From an uncultured Bacteroidota bacterium (GTDB lineage: Bacteria > Bacteroidota > Bacteroidia > Bacteroidales > VadinHA17): 64,000 nt of DNA. Positions 29,557-37,415 of the stretch are shown here, one piece after another; the stretch's first letter is position 1, and each line of letters begins with the position of its first letter. A model generated the notes under the pieces. It did no database searches. It had not been told where the DNA came from and saw only the letters and a program-made list of their open reading frames with translations. The DNA lies in contig CALMJY010000171.1 of the NCBI GenBank assembly GCA_937864815.1, positions 1,997 to 65,996 on the forward strand. The letters are read 5' to 3'. The position numbers and the translations under genes are program-made.

Positions 29557-29627
29557 CAGGCGACAGGCGACAGGCGACAGGCGACAGGCGACAGGCAAGA
29601 GGCGTCGGGCATTTGCCAACTGCCAAC
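29557..29627. repeat. heptamer arrays H3: (CAGGCGA)x5+1 variant, then (TGCCAAC)x2
   Basis: Perfect period-7 units at 29557-29598 and 29614-29627. Both track ORFs here (GDRRQATGDRRQ..) merely translate the repeat. Confidence 0.9.
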
Positions 29628-29663
29628 TGGAAACTAATTTTTTACAGTTCCGACTTTTGTTTG

Positions 29664-29671
29664 TATCTTTG
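29664..29671 (+). promoter_or_regulatory. candidate -7 box (TATCTTTG) for the tmRNA precursor
   Basis: TAnnTTTG match ~80 nt upstream of the mature tmRNA 5' end. The -33 region is only TTTTTA. Confidence 0.25.
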
Positions 29672-29716
29672 CATCGAAAATCAGAGCACTTTGCAAATGG
29701 TTTTATGGATTTCAAA

Positions 29717-29744
29717 CCCTGAGCCTTTTGCCCTGAGCCCTGAG
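29717..29744. repeat. heptamer array H4: (CCCTGAG)x3 + 1 degenerate unit
   Basis: Units at 29717, 29731 and 29738, with a degenerate CCTTTTG at 29724. The array ends 8 nt before the tmRNA 5' end. Confidence 0.85.
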
Positions 29745-29752
29745 CCATCTAT

Positions 29753-30144
29753 GGGGCTGACATGGTTTTGACAGCATGAGTGGTGGTATGTAAGCATGCA
29801 GGGTGTGGTAACGCGTCCCTTGAACAGAGTTACAAAACAATAAAAGGCGAAACTAATTACGCTCTCGCTGCTTAAGCGAATAAAGTAACTTAAGCTTCAT
29901 CACGGCACATGTGTCGTGACGGGACGTCTCCCGGGCGGTCAAGCCCTGATCCAACCCGATCCGGAGGCGCTGGTAATCCGGGGCTAGCCGGAGGGATGTT
30001 CCTGCCCGATGGCGAAAACAACAGGAAATAAGGACAGGTTAGGTTGTTCTGCATCTGGCCGGTCACGAAAACCAAGCAGGACTAAGCATGTAGAAAGCAT
30101 ATGGCTTCCGTGTTTGGACGCGGGTTCGACTCCCGCCAGCTCCA
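29753..30144 (+). ncRNA. ssrA: transfer-messenger RNA (tmRNA)
   Basis: It starts GGGGCUGA and ends GGACGCGGGUUCGACUCCCGCCAGCUCCA (T-arm plus acceptor). The tag ORF GGC GAA ACU AAU UAC GCU CUC GCU GCU UAA encodes GETNYALAA at 29846-29875. Confidence 0.93.
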
Positions 30145-30211
30145 CTTGAAGTCTATCCAAACTTACCTCTAATCTCTCGTTAGGGAGATTGGCTTATGAG
30201 TTGAAGAGGAG

Positions 30212-30241
30212 ATATGTCTGGCTTTCCGGACATATTTTTTT
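30212..30241 (+). terminator. intrinsic terminator downstream of tmRNA
   Basis: 10-bp stem ATATGTCTGG / CCGGACATAT (one G:U), loop CTTT, then T6-7. Confidence 0.75.
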
Positions 30242-30321
30242 CAGGAATACTATTTCCCCGATTATATAAAACTCACGGATTTTACTTATATTCATAAAAT
30301 TGTAAAATCATTCTAAATCCT

Positions 30322-31290
30322 ATGAGCACAAATAAATCCGGTTTAGAAACCAATAGTCATCCTGAAAAAACAGAAAAAGAACTGGCAAAGGCGGGAATAA
30401 ACCGTCGTGCAATACTCAAGCTTGCATCAGTCACCCTCGCCGGTGCAGGACTTGGTAGCCTGGGCATTGTCAATGGTTCAGACAATAATGCAAGTCCGTC
30501 AGAACACCGGCAGGAAGCCGACCATCTGAATTCCTCCTATTCAAATTCATCAACGAGGAGTGTAAAGTATGAAGAGATGCTCCCGGATGAACTTGAAATG
30601 TGGCTAAAGGAATATCCGGTTGCATATATTCCTTTTGGCTCACTTGAGTGGCATGGAAGACATTTACCTTATGGGAACGATGCTCTCAAGGCTCATGGGA
30701 TTCTTGTTCGAACTGCTCAAAAGTATGGCGGAGTTGTTGTACCGCCAACATATTGGGGACACATGGGACACTGGCATATCGGAAATCACCCTGGTCTTAC
30801 TTCCAGTCTGACGGACCAGTTGTTTATTGAAATATTCAAAGGTCTTGTACTTGTAGGCTTCAGGGTAATTATTGGGGTGACAGGACATGATGTCAAACCC
30901 CAGGTGGATTCTTTACAAAAAGCAGTTGATTCCATTTCAGTTTACCTGATCTCTCCACTTGGAAGGACAACAGGTTTTGCGATGATGGAAGGATCGCTGA
31001 ATCCTGATGACCCCGATGTAGGGATGGATCACGCCGCAAAATGGGAAACATCCATTCTGATGGCGTTGAGACCTGATCTGGTAGATATGAAAAGGATTGA
31101 AAAGTTGGACAGAAATGAAATTGAAACCGGCAGGGGAATGAATATCAAAGGATGCGGGATGTCAGGCAAGGATCCAAGGATTCATGCTTCAAAAGAAGTT
31201 GGAGAAAAAGCTATTGAAAAAATAGTCGACAAGATAGGACAAAAAGGACAGGAATTGCTTAAAAGCATAAACTGGATTAAATGTCAGTAG
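30322..31290 (+). CDS. creatininase-family amidohydrolase with Tat-type signal peptide
   Basis: The N-terminus has INRRAILKLASVTLAGAGLG. The core FGSLEWHGRHLPYGND .. GHD .. is typical of the creatinine amidohydrolase / MftE family. Confidence 0.7.
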   Translation: MSTNKSGLETNSHPEKTEKELAKAGINRRAILKLASVTLAGAGLGSLGIVNGSDNNASPSEHRQEADHLNSSYSNSSTRSVKYEEMLPDELEMWLKEYPVAYIPFGSLEWHGRHLPYGNDALKAHGILVRTAQKYGGVVVPPTYWGHMGHWHIGNHPGLTSSLTDQLFIEIFKGLVLVGFRVIIGVTGHDVKPQVDSLQKAVDSISVYLISPLGRTTGFAMMEGSLNPDDPDVGMDHAAKWETSILMALRPDLVDMKRIEKLDRNEIETGRGMNIKGCGMSGKDPRIHASKEVGEKAIEKIVDKIGQKGQELLKSINWIKCQ

Positions 31291-32540
31291 ATTCAGAACC
31301 GGTTTCCTCTGTTCAAATCTCTTTGCCTGAAAAGCGCCGAATAAGGATTGCCGTAGCCCTGATATATTTCTGTACAGGGATAAGCTTTGCCACATGGGCA
31401 AGCAGGATCCCGGATATTAAAACTGCCTTGCACCTGACTGACGGTATGCTGGGCAGCATACTTTTTGCACTTCCTGCAGGTCAGTTTACAATGATGCCAT
31501 TTTCCGGCCGACTTGTAACCCGTTTCGGAAGCTACAGGGTGCTTCTTTTTTCCCTCCCGCTTTACACATTATGCCTTAATAACCTGGGATGGGTGACAGA
31601 GGGATGGCAGCTTGCAGTTGCGCTCTATATGTTCGGCCTTGCAGGAAACATGAATAATATTGCGATAAATACACAGGGAATAGCAGCTGAACACCTGTAT
31701 GAACGATCTATAATGGCTTCCTTCCACGGGATGTGGAGCCTGGCAGGTTTCACCGGGGCTCTGACCGGCCTCTTAATGATCAACCTGAAAGTGCCGTATA
31801 ACATTCATTTTATAATTGTCATCCTGATGGTCTGGACAATTATGAGCATAAACTATCCTTACCTTATCAAGGGAAAGGCATCAGGGGCAAGAGATGAACA
31901 ACGCAGGAAGTTCTTTTCCAAACCTGATGGTATGCTGCTGCAGCTTGGAATAATAGGATTCTTCAGCATGGCAAGCGAAGGAGCAATGTTTGACTGGAGC
32001 GGGATTTATTTTAAGGATGTTGTAAAAGCACCGGCATCATTAGTAATTCTTGGATATACCTCATTTATGATCATGATGGCCTCAGGTCGCTTCATGGCTG
32101 ATCACTTCATTGCAAAAATTGGTCGTCAAAAGCTGCTCCGGATCGCAGGCATAATGGTATCGTCAGGGCTGTTTATATCGGTATTGTTTCCAAACCTAAT
32201 TACCTGCACAATGGCATTCATGCTTGTCGGACTTGGAGTATCAAGCATTGTTCCAACAGTCTACAGCACAGCCGGCAAATACACAAAAGTACCACCGGGA
32301 ATCGCACTGGCAACAGTGTCAAGTGTAAGTTTCCTTGGATTTCTTATGGGACCACCACTGATTGGCTATATTTCAGAACTTGCCGGATTAAGATATTCAT
32401 TTGCAGTTGTAGGCATCTTCGGATTGGGTGTAACATTGCTAGTATCACGGATCAGGGCATTCCAGGTTACACCACGTGTCGCTGTTAAAAAAGATGTACC
32501 TGAAGAAGATCTGGATCAGGTAGCACCTTTTGAGATGTGA
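31281..32540 (+). CDS. MFS transporter (12 TM)
   Basis: A polytopic 419-aa protein with YbjJ-like MFS layout. It overlaps the upstream gene by 10 nt. Confidence 0.75.
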   Translation: MSVDSEPVSSVQISLPEKRRIRIAVALIYFCTGISFATWASRIPDIKTALHLTDGMLGSILFALPAGQFTMMPFSGRLVTRFGSYRVLLFSLPLYTLCLNNLGWVTEGWQLAVALYMFGLAGNMNNIAINTQGIAAEHLYERSIMASFHGMWSLAGFTGALTGLLMINLKVPYNIHFIIVILMVWTIMSINYPYLIKGKASGARDEQRRKFFSKPDGMLLQLGIIGFFSMASEGAMFDWSGIYFKDVVKAPASLVILGYTSFMIMMASGRFMADHFIAKIGRQKLLRIAGIMVSSGLFISVLFPNLITCTMAFMLVGLGVSSIVPTVYSTAGKYTKVPPGIALATVSSVSFLGFLMGPPLIGYISELAGLRYSFAVVGIFGLGVTLLVSRIRAFQVTPRVAVKKDVPEEDLDQVAPFEM

Positions 32541-32551
32541 GATGTGAGATA
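32531..32551. repeat. heptamer array H5: (TGAGATG)x2 + TGAGATA
   Basis: Period-7 units spanning the MFS stop codon (32538-32540), just upstream of a -7 box. Confidence 0.7.
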
Positions 32552-32558
32552 CAAAGTG

Positions 32559-32566
32559 TAAATTTG
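32559..32566 (+). promoter_or_regulatory. candidate -7 box (TAAATTTG) for the response regulator / kinase operon
   Basis: TAnnTTTG match 20 nt upstream of ATG 32586. The -33 position falls inside array H5. Confidence 0.3.
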
Positions 32567-32585
32567 CACAAAACATTTTAGGAGA

Positions 32586-33278
32586 ATGGCTGAGATTAAA
32601 ATATTGATTGTTGAGGATGAACAGAGGCTTGCTGATATTTTAAAAAAGCAGCTTGAAGAAGCAGGTTTTCAGGCTGAAACCGCAAATGACGGGTATATCG
32701 GGAAACAGCTTATTGAAAAAAACAGCTATAACCTCATCGTGCTGGATATTAACCTGCCACTGATCAATGGTTACGATCTGTGCAGGGAGATCAGAAAAAC
32801 CAACAGGGACATTCCAATTATCATGTTAACAGCTTTCGGAACGCCGGAGAACAAGATTTCGGGATTTGAGTACGGAGCCGATGATTACGTTGTCAAACCA
32901 TTTGATTTCAGGGAATTACTGGCACGGATTAATGTATTCCTGAGAAGGTCAGACTTAAATATACCTGAATCAGAAAAAATTGTTCTTGCAGATCTTGAAA
33001 TGGACATCAAGACCAAAACAGTTACACGTTCAGGAAAAAAAATTGATCTGACAGCAAAAGAATCGCTTCTTCTTGAAACATTTCTCAGGAACCGCCATAA
33101 ATTGCTTACACGTGAATTTATTATTGAGAAAGTATGGGGTATAGATTTTGATCCGAGCACCAATATTATTGATGTTTATGTCAATTACCTTAGAAAAAAA
33201 ATAGACAGGGATTTTGAACCAAAGCTGATTCATACCAAATTCGGATTCGGATTCTATTGCAGTGACAAAGAGATATAG
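32586..33278 (+). CDS. OmpR/PhoB-family response regulator
   Basis: The receiver domain (ILIVEDE.., LDINLP, KPF) is followed by a winged-helix C-terminus (LTAKESLLLETFL.., VYVNYLRKKID). Confidence 0.92.
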   Translation: MAEIKILIVEDEQRLADILKKQLEEAGFQAETANDGYIGKQLIEKNSYNLIVLDINLPLINGYDLCREIRKTNRDIPIIMLTAFGTPENKISGFEYGADDYVVKPFDFRELLARINVFLRRSDLNIPESEKIVLADLEMDIKTKTVTRSGKKIDLTAKESLLLETFLRNRHKLLTREFIIEKVWGIDFDPSTNIIDVYVNYLRKKIDRDFEPKLIHTKFGFGFYCSDKEI

Positions 33279-33281
33279 AGT

Positions 33282-34643
33282 ATGAATATTAAGATCAGAT
33301 TATCACTCCAGTTTTCGCTTATTGTTACCGGAATCCTTCTGTTTTTTTCTTTGCTTGTTTACTATTTTTCCTATTCGAGACACCATGCAAAATTCAGGCA
33401 GAACATACTCGAAAGTGCCAAAAACTATGCAACTCTGTTTATTGATGTGGCCGAAGTTGATTCAGTATTAGTAAATAAAATGCAGGAGACAGCCGTTTTA
33501 TGGGAAAGGGAAGAGCTGGCCATTACAGATACCGCATACAATATTCTTTACAGCAACAACATTGAATACCTGGCAGACAGCCTGACTCTTGTAAAAAATG
33601 CCTTCAGAATATCACATTACTTCACTGTCGCTGAAAAAGAAGGTGTATTTTACAGGCATATGTACGAAAACCGGACTTACTATGTTTTTGCACTTGCATT
33701 CGACAAAACACGCGCAGCCTATCTCGAGGAACTTCTTAAAATACTGCTCTGGAGTATTCTGTTCAGCATCTCATTGTCGATTGTGCTCTCCTACCTTTTT
33801 GCACGAAGAGCTATAAGGCCGATATCTGAAATAATCAAAAGCGTAAAGGAGATAAATTCACTGCGCCTCAGCAACAGACTGGATGAAGGCGACAGAAGAG
33901 ATGAAATAGACCAGCTCTCGGTTACCTTTAACCAGATGCTTTCTGACCTCGAAATTGCTTTCAGGAACCAGGAAGATTTTGTTTCCAATGCTTCGCATGA
34001 GCTACGAACACCTCTTTCTGTTATGATCAGTGAAACGGACTATTTTCTGAGCAGGGAAAGAACCAGGGAGGAATATGTTGGGCACATCACGGAACTTATC
34101 AGGGATCTGAAGAAAATAAACACTCTGCTTAACAGTCTGCTTGAATTGGCACAGGTTACCAAGGATAAGAATATTGGCTTCATCCCCGTGAGAATCGATG
34201 AAATTGTATTTGATGCCATACACCAGGTAAAGAACAAGTACCCCGACCATAAGATCATTCCGAAAATCCAGTATCCGGAAAATGAAAATGATCTGATCAT
34301 TACCGGAAACGAGGGTCTTCTTACAATTGCCTTTAAGAATCTGATTGACAATGCATGTAAGTTTTCAAATGAAAATGTAATGGTTGAGTTTAGCCTGGAA
34401 GGAGATAATATTAATGTAGTTGTTGCTGACAACGGGATCGGTATTCCGGAATCTGAACTGCAGAATATCTACAAGCCATTTACCAGAGGATCAAACGTAA
34501 AGTTTATTGGCGGATTTGGTATCGGACTTACAATGGTCTCAAAGATAATTCAGCTGCATAAAGCAGAGATAAATGTGTCGAGCAAAGAGAATGAAGGCAC
34601 CCGTATAAGCCTGCAGTTCAAAAGGTCAAACCAGGTTATTTAA
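33282..34643 (+). CDS. sensor histidine kinase (2 TM, HAMP, HisKA, HATPase_c)
   Basis: H-box FVSNASHELRTPL, N-box LIDNACKFS and G-boxes DNGIGIP / GGFGIGL. Confidence 0.92.
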   Translation: MNIKIRLSLQFSLIVTGILLFFSLLVYYFSYSRHHAKFRQNILESAKNYATLFIDVAEVDSVLVNKMQETAVLWEREELAITDTAYNILYSNNIEYLADSLTLVKNAFRISHYFTVAEKEGVFYRHMYENRTYYVFALAFDKTRAAYLEELLKILLWSILFSISLSIVLSYLFARRAIRPISEIIKSVKEINSLRLSNRLDEGDRRDEIDQLSVTFNQMLSDLEIAFRNQEDFVSNASHELRTPLSVMISETDYFLSRERTREEYVGHITELIRDLKKINTLLNSLLELAQVTKDKNIGFIPVRIDEIVFDAIHQVKNKYPDHKIIPKIQYPENENDLIITGNEGLLTIAFKNLIDNACKFSNENVMVEFSLEGDNINVVVADNGIGIPESELQNIYKPFTRGSNVKFIGGFGIGLTMVSKIIQLHKAEINVSSKENEGTRISLQFKRSNQVI

Positions 34644-34751
34644 GGAGTTTTTAATCAATTTCTAATTATTTTCTAATAAGCATCCCCGCAATTCATTCAT
34701 AGCTTTGCACCTGTTGAGATTCAGAAGTCAATTCTCAAAAGAAGCCACAAC

Positions 34752-34795
34752 TTATTACCAGTTGCGAATGGTAATAACGTGTTTCTTTGTTTATT
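34752..34795 (+). terminator. hairpin plus T-rich tail, likely terminator of the kinase operon
   Basis: TTATTACCA, an 8-nt loop, TGGTAATAA, then CGTGTTTCTTTGTTTATTTG. Confidence 0.45.
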
Positions 34796-34818
34796 TGTAA
34801 CTTAATTTTTTCCTGGAG

Positions 34819-34856
34819 GCAGTTGTCTGAAATCAAATTCGGACAACTGCTTTTGC
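34819..34856 (+). terminator. second plus-strand hairpin terminator
   Basis: GCAGTTGTC, a 14-nt loop, GACAACTGC, then TTTTGC. The minus-strand reading has no U tract. Confidence 0.45.
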
Positions 34857-34895
34857 ATTATTTGGAAATGTATGTATCTGCTCTGAACGCTTCTT

Positions 34896-37415
34896 CTATT
34901 TTGCATTTTTCAGATAATCAATCAACCCATCGAGAATCTTTTGTGCCATCTCCTGTCTGAAACCTGGGTCAGCAAGCTTTTCCTCGTCTTCAGCATGAGA
35001 CATAAATGCCTGCTCTACAAGGACGGAAGGCATCTGTGATACCCTGGTTACTGTATAATTAAATGATCCAATTACACCAAACTCTTTCAGGTTTAGTTCC
35101 AGAAGTCTGTCATAGATTTTTTCAGCCAATGGAGCCCAGAAAGGATTATGCCAGTATGTGCTTGTACCTGCAACTGACAAATATCCTCTTCCTCCGGCAT
35201 TGGCGTGTATGCTTACCAGTATATCAGAACCGGACTTTAAAGCAATTTCCCTTTTCTCAAGGAGTCCCATGTCAATATCAGAATCACGAACCTGAACCAC
35301 CTCAGCTCCCATTGATTTGCATAGCTCTCCCAGCCTTATTGAAAGATCAAGATTGATTTCCTTTTCAGGAAGGCCAGACAAACCAACAGCCCCGATACCT
35401 GATCCTCCATGTCCGGCTTCAATTGCAATCTTTAAACCACTGAGAGGTTTTTCATTACTAAGGTCATAAACTGGAGGATATTTTACACTGAATAACAGTC
35501 TTTTACCATCCTGACGAAGGTCATATCCCCATATATCAGAAGTATTGAGATTTACATAAATCCTGTAAGTTTCAGGCGTTGTCTGCTGCCAGGTCACCTT
35601 ATCGATTATCTTCCTGTTATTCATGTGGGTTATCCAGGTACTGGCAGTCCTGACTCCAAAAAGAGTTATCACTATCCTCTTCTGGTCAGGTTCGGGAAAA
35701 ACCTCGTAAGGAACAGGTTCAGGATATGGGATGGACAGGATATCAGCATTTGAAGATGGACCGCATGACATGTTTGTTATGTAATATGAAGGCTGAACCG
35801 TGCCTTCCGGCATCACTTCTATATCGTCTGCATGTATGAATCCGTACTCTGAACTGCTTAGCCGGATCCGGTAGTAATCACCAATCTTTCCGCTGGTTTT
35901 CAGTAGAACACCAGTTCCCGGTTCTGATCTTAACGGTCCGCCCAGCCTAGGCGCTCCAAGGTTATACGTAATCCTTGAGTTTTCATTTTTTACCCTCACA
36001 ACGGGATAATCATCTTTGCTCCTTATCCTAAGTGAAACAGGCAATTCATACTCAATATCCTCTGCAGCTGTAATTGAAACAAGCTGAAGGATTATTTCTG
36101 AAACCTTCCCCGGTAAAAGCTTATCAAGATGAAGATCAGCCATATAAACAGAGTAATCTTCAAAATCCTGCCGTGAACATTTTATTTTTGTTTTGCCTGG
36201 CAGCACCTTTACAAATCCCTCCTGCCCTGCTGAACCCTTAAAGTTTATCCTTATATTATCATCCTGTAACAACTCCATACTGACAGCAGGCTCAACACTC
36301 CCCTTGTCAATCCAGAGCGGAAGCGGCTTCCTTGTCTTATTACGTTTTGCAGACACAATTTCACGCTCATAAAAGGTTGAAAGCGAATCAGAAGTTATTA
36401 CAGTTGCCCTGACCCGGTTAACACCTTCATTCAGAGAAAGCTTATTAAAGAATATCCCTGTCTTATACTGCTTTACGGGGATCCCGTTGATCATCACAGT
36501 TGCAGGATAATCTGTCTTACATAGCAGATCAAATTCAGGGACATCAGTTGTTTCCCCTGGAAAACGTCTGAATTCCACCCATGGAGATTTTCTCCTCACT
36601 GTACCATCAGCCTGAACAGAATACCTGAATGGAGTGAACCAGTTTTTAGTTGATATACGGATGATTGCTGAACCTGTTTTTAACTCAATAGTATCTGATT
36701 TGAATGTGATAAAGTTAATTGATCCTTCAGAGTCAGTAACAAGGGTTTTATTTCCATTATTAATCTGAACAGTCTGACCACCAGGATTGCTGTGGAACAA
36801 TGCTGACAGGTCGAGGCTGAAAACCTGTTCGGGTTTTATCCTTTTAACGCTGACCGGCAGTTTTATCCTCTCAGTGAAAGTATCAAGATCAGGGAATGAG
36901 ACATCTTTGGCCGGAATAATCATATCTGCAGTACCTTCATTCAGGCATGCCAGAGCAAGCTGATAGTCATTCTCATTATAGATAATGCAGGTAAAGAGGT
37001 ATGGTTTTATCAGCATCGATTCTGCGAAAACATGCTCAATCATTTCAGCTGACAGGCCTCCTGTCATAACAGCAATGCCATCTATATCAGTTGCTGCGGC
37101 TAATTTACTGACCTGATGCTTTAGCAAGGTCTTGATTTCGGCAGCAGACCGGTCCGTTATTTTCAATTCCTGGTCGGGCCGGTTAAAAACCACACAAAGC
37201 TGAAGCTTCATTTCATGTGCTGATATAACTGCTTCCAATATATCAGCATCCTCTTCTCCAGGGAAAAATAAAACTGACCGGGGGGCATGGCTGGCGATAC
37301 CGGAAGGTACAATATCAACCTCCTTTGTATGCCGGACTGTTTTACATGATGAGATGCCGGGTATAAGAAATATGACCAGGACTGCCAGCCTTAAAAGTTT
37401 CATAACTCTCTTCAT
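34896..37415 (-). CDS. lipoprotein with C-terminal N-acetylmuramoyl-L-alanine amidase (Amidase_3) domain
   Basis: Lipobox FLIPGISSC. The C-terminus has IAIEAGHGG, LVSIHANAG and VLVEQAFMSHAEDE. The long N-terminal region (~600 aa) is unassigned. Confidence 0.8.
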   Translation of the reverse strand: MKRVMKLLRLAVLVIFLIPGISSCKTVRHTKEVDIVPSGIASHAPRSVLFFPGEEDADILEAVISAHEMKLQLCVVFNRPDQELKITDRSAAEIKTLLKHQVSKLAAATDIDGIAVMTGGLSAEMIEHVFAESMLIKPYLFTCIIYNENDYQLALACLNEGTADMIIPAKDVSFPDLDTFTERIKLPVSVKRIKPEQVFSLDLSALFHSNPGGQTVQINNGNKTLVTDSEGSINFITFKSDTIELKTGSAIIRISTKNWFTPFRYSVQADGTVRRKSPWVEFRRFPGETTDVPEFDLLCKTDYPATVMINGIPVKQYKTGIFFNKLSLNEGVNRVRATVITSDSLSTFYEREIVSAKRNKTRKPLPLWIDKGSVEPAVSMELLQDDNIRINFKGSAGQEGFVKVLPGKTKIKCSRQDFEDYSVYMADLHLDKLLPGKVSEIILQLVSITAAEDIEYELPVSLRIRSKDDYPVVRVKNENSRITYNLGAPRLGGPLRSEPGTGVLLKTSGKIGDYYRIRLSSSEYGFIHADDIEVMPEGTVQPSYYITNMSCGPSSNADILSIPYPEPVPYEVFPEPDQKRIVITLFGVRTASTWITHMNNRKIIDKVTWQQTTPETYRIYVNLNTSDIWGYDLRQDGKRLLFSVKYPPVYDLSNEKPLSGLKIAIEAGHGGSGIGAVGLSGLPEKEINLDLSIRLGELCKSMGAEVVQVRDSDIDMGLLEKREIALKSGSDILVSIHANAGGRGYLSVAGTSTYWHNPFWAPLAEKIYDRLLELNLKEFGVIGSFNYTVTRVSQMPSVLVEQAFMSHAEDEEKLADPGFRQEMAQKILDGLIDYLKNAK

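Noticed and set aside
29541-29771. Track ORFs 29541..29771 (+) and 29545..29748 (-), with peptides such as GDRRQATGDRRQARG.
   Set aside because: They are translations of the (CAGGCGA)n, (TGCCAAC)n and (CCCTGAG)n heptamer arrays and run into the tmRNA gene. They are low complexity and there is no coding signal.
29890-30075. ORF 29890..30075 (-), 61 aa.
   Set aside because: It lies antisense, entirely inside the tmRNA gene.
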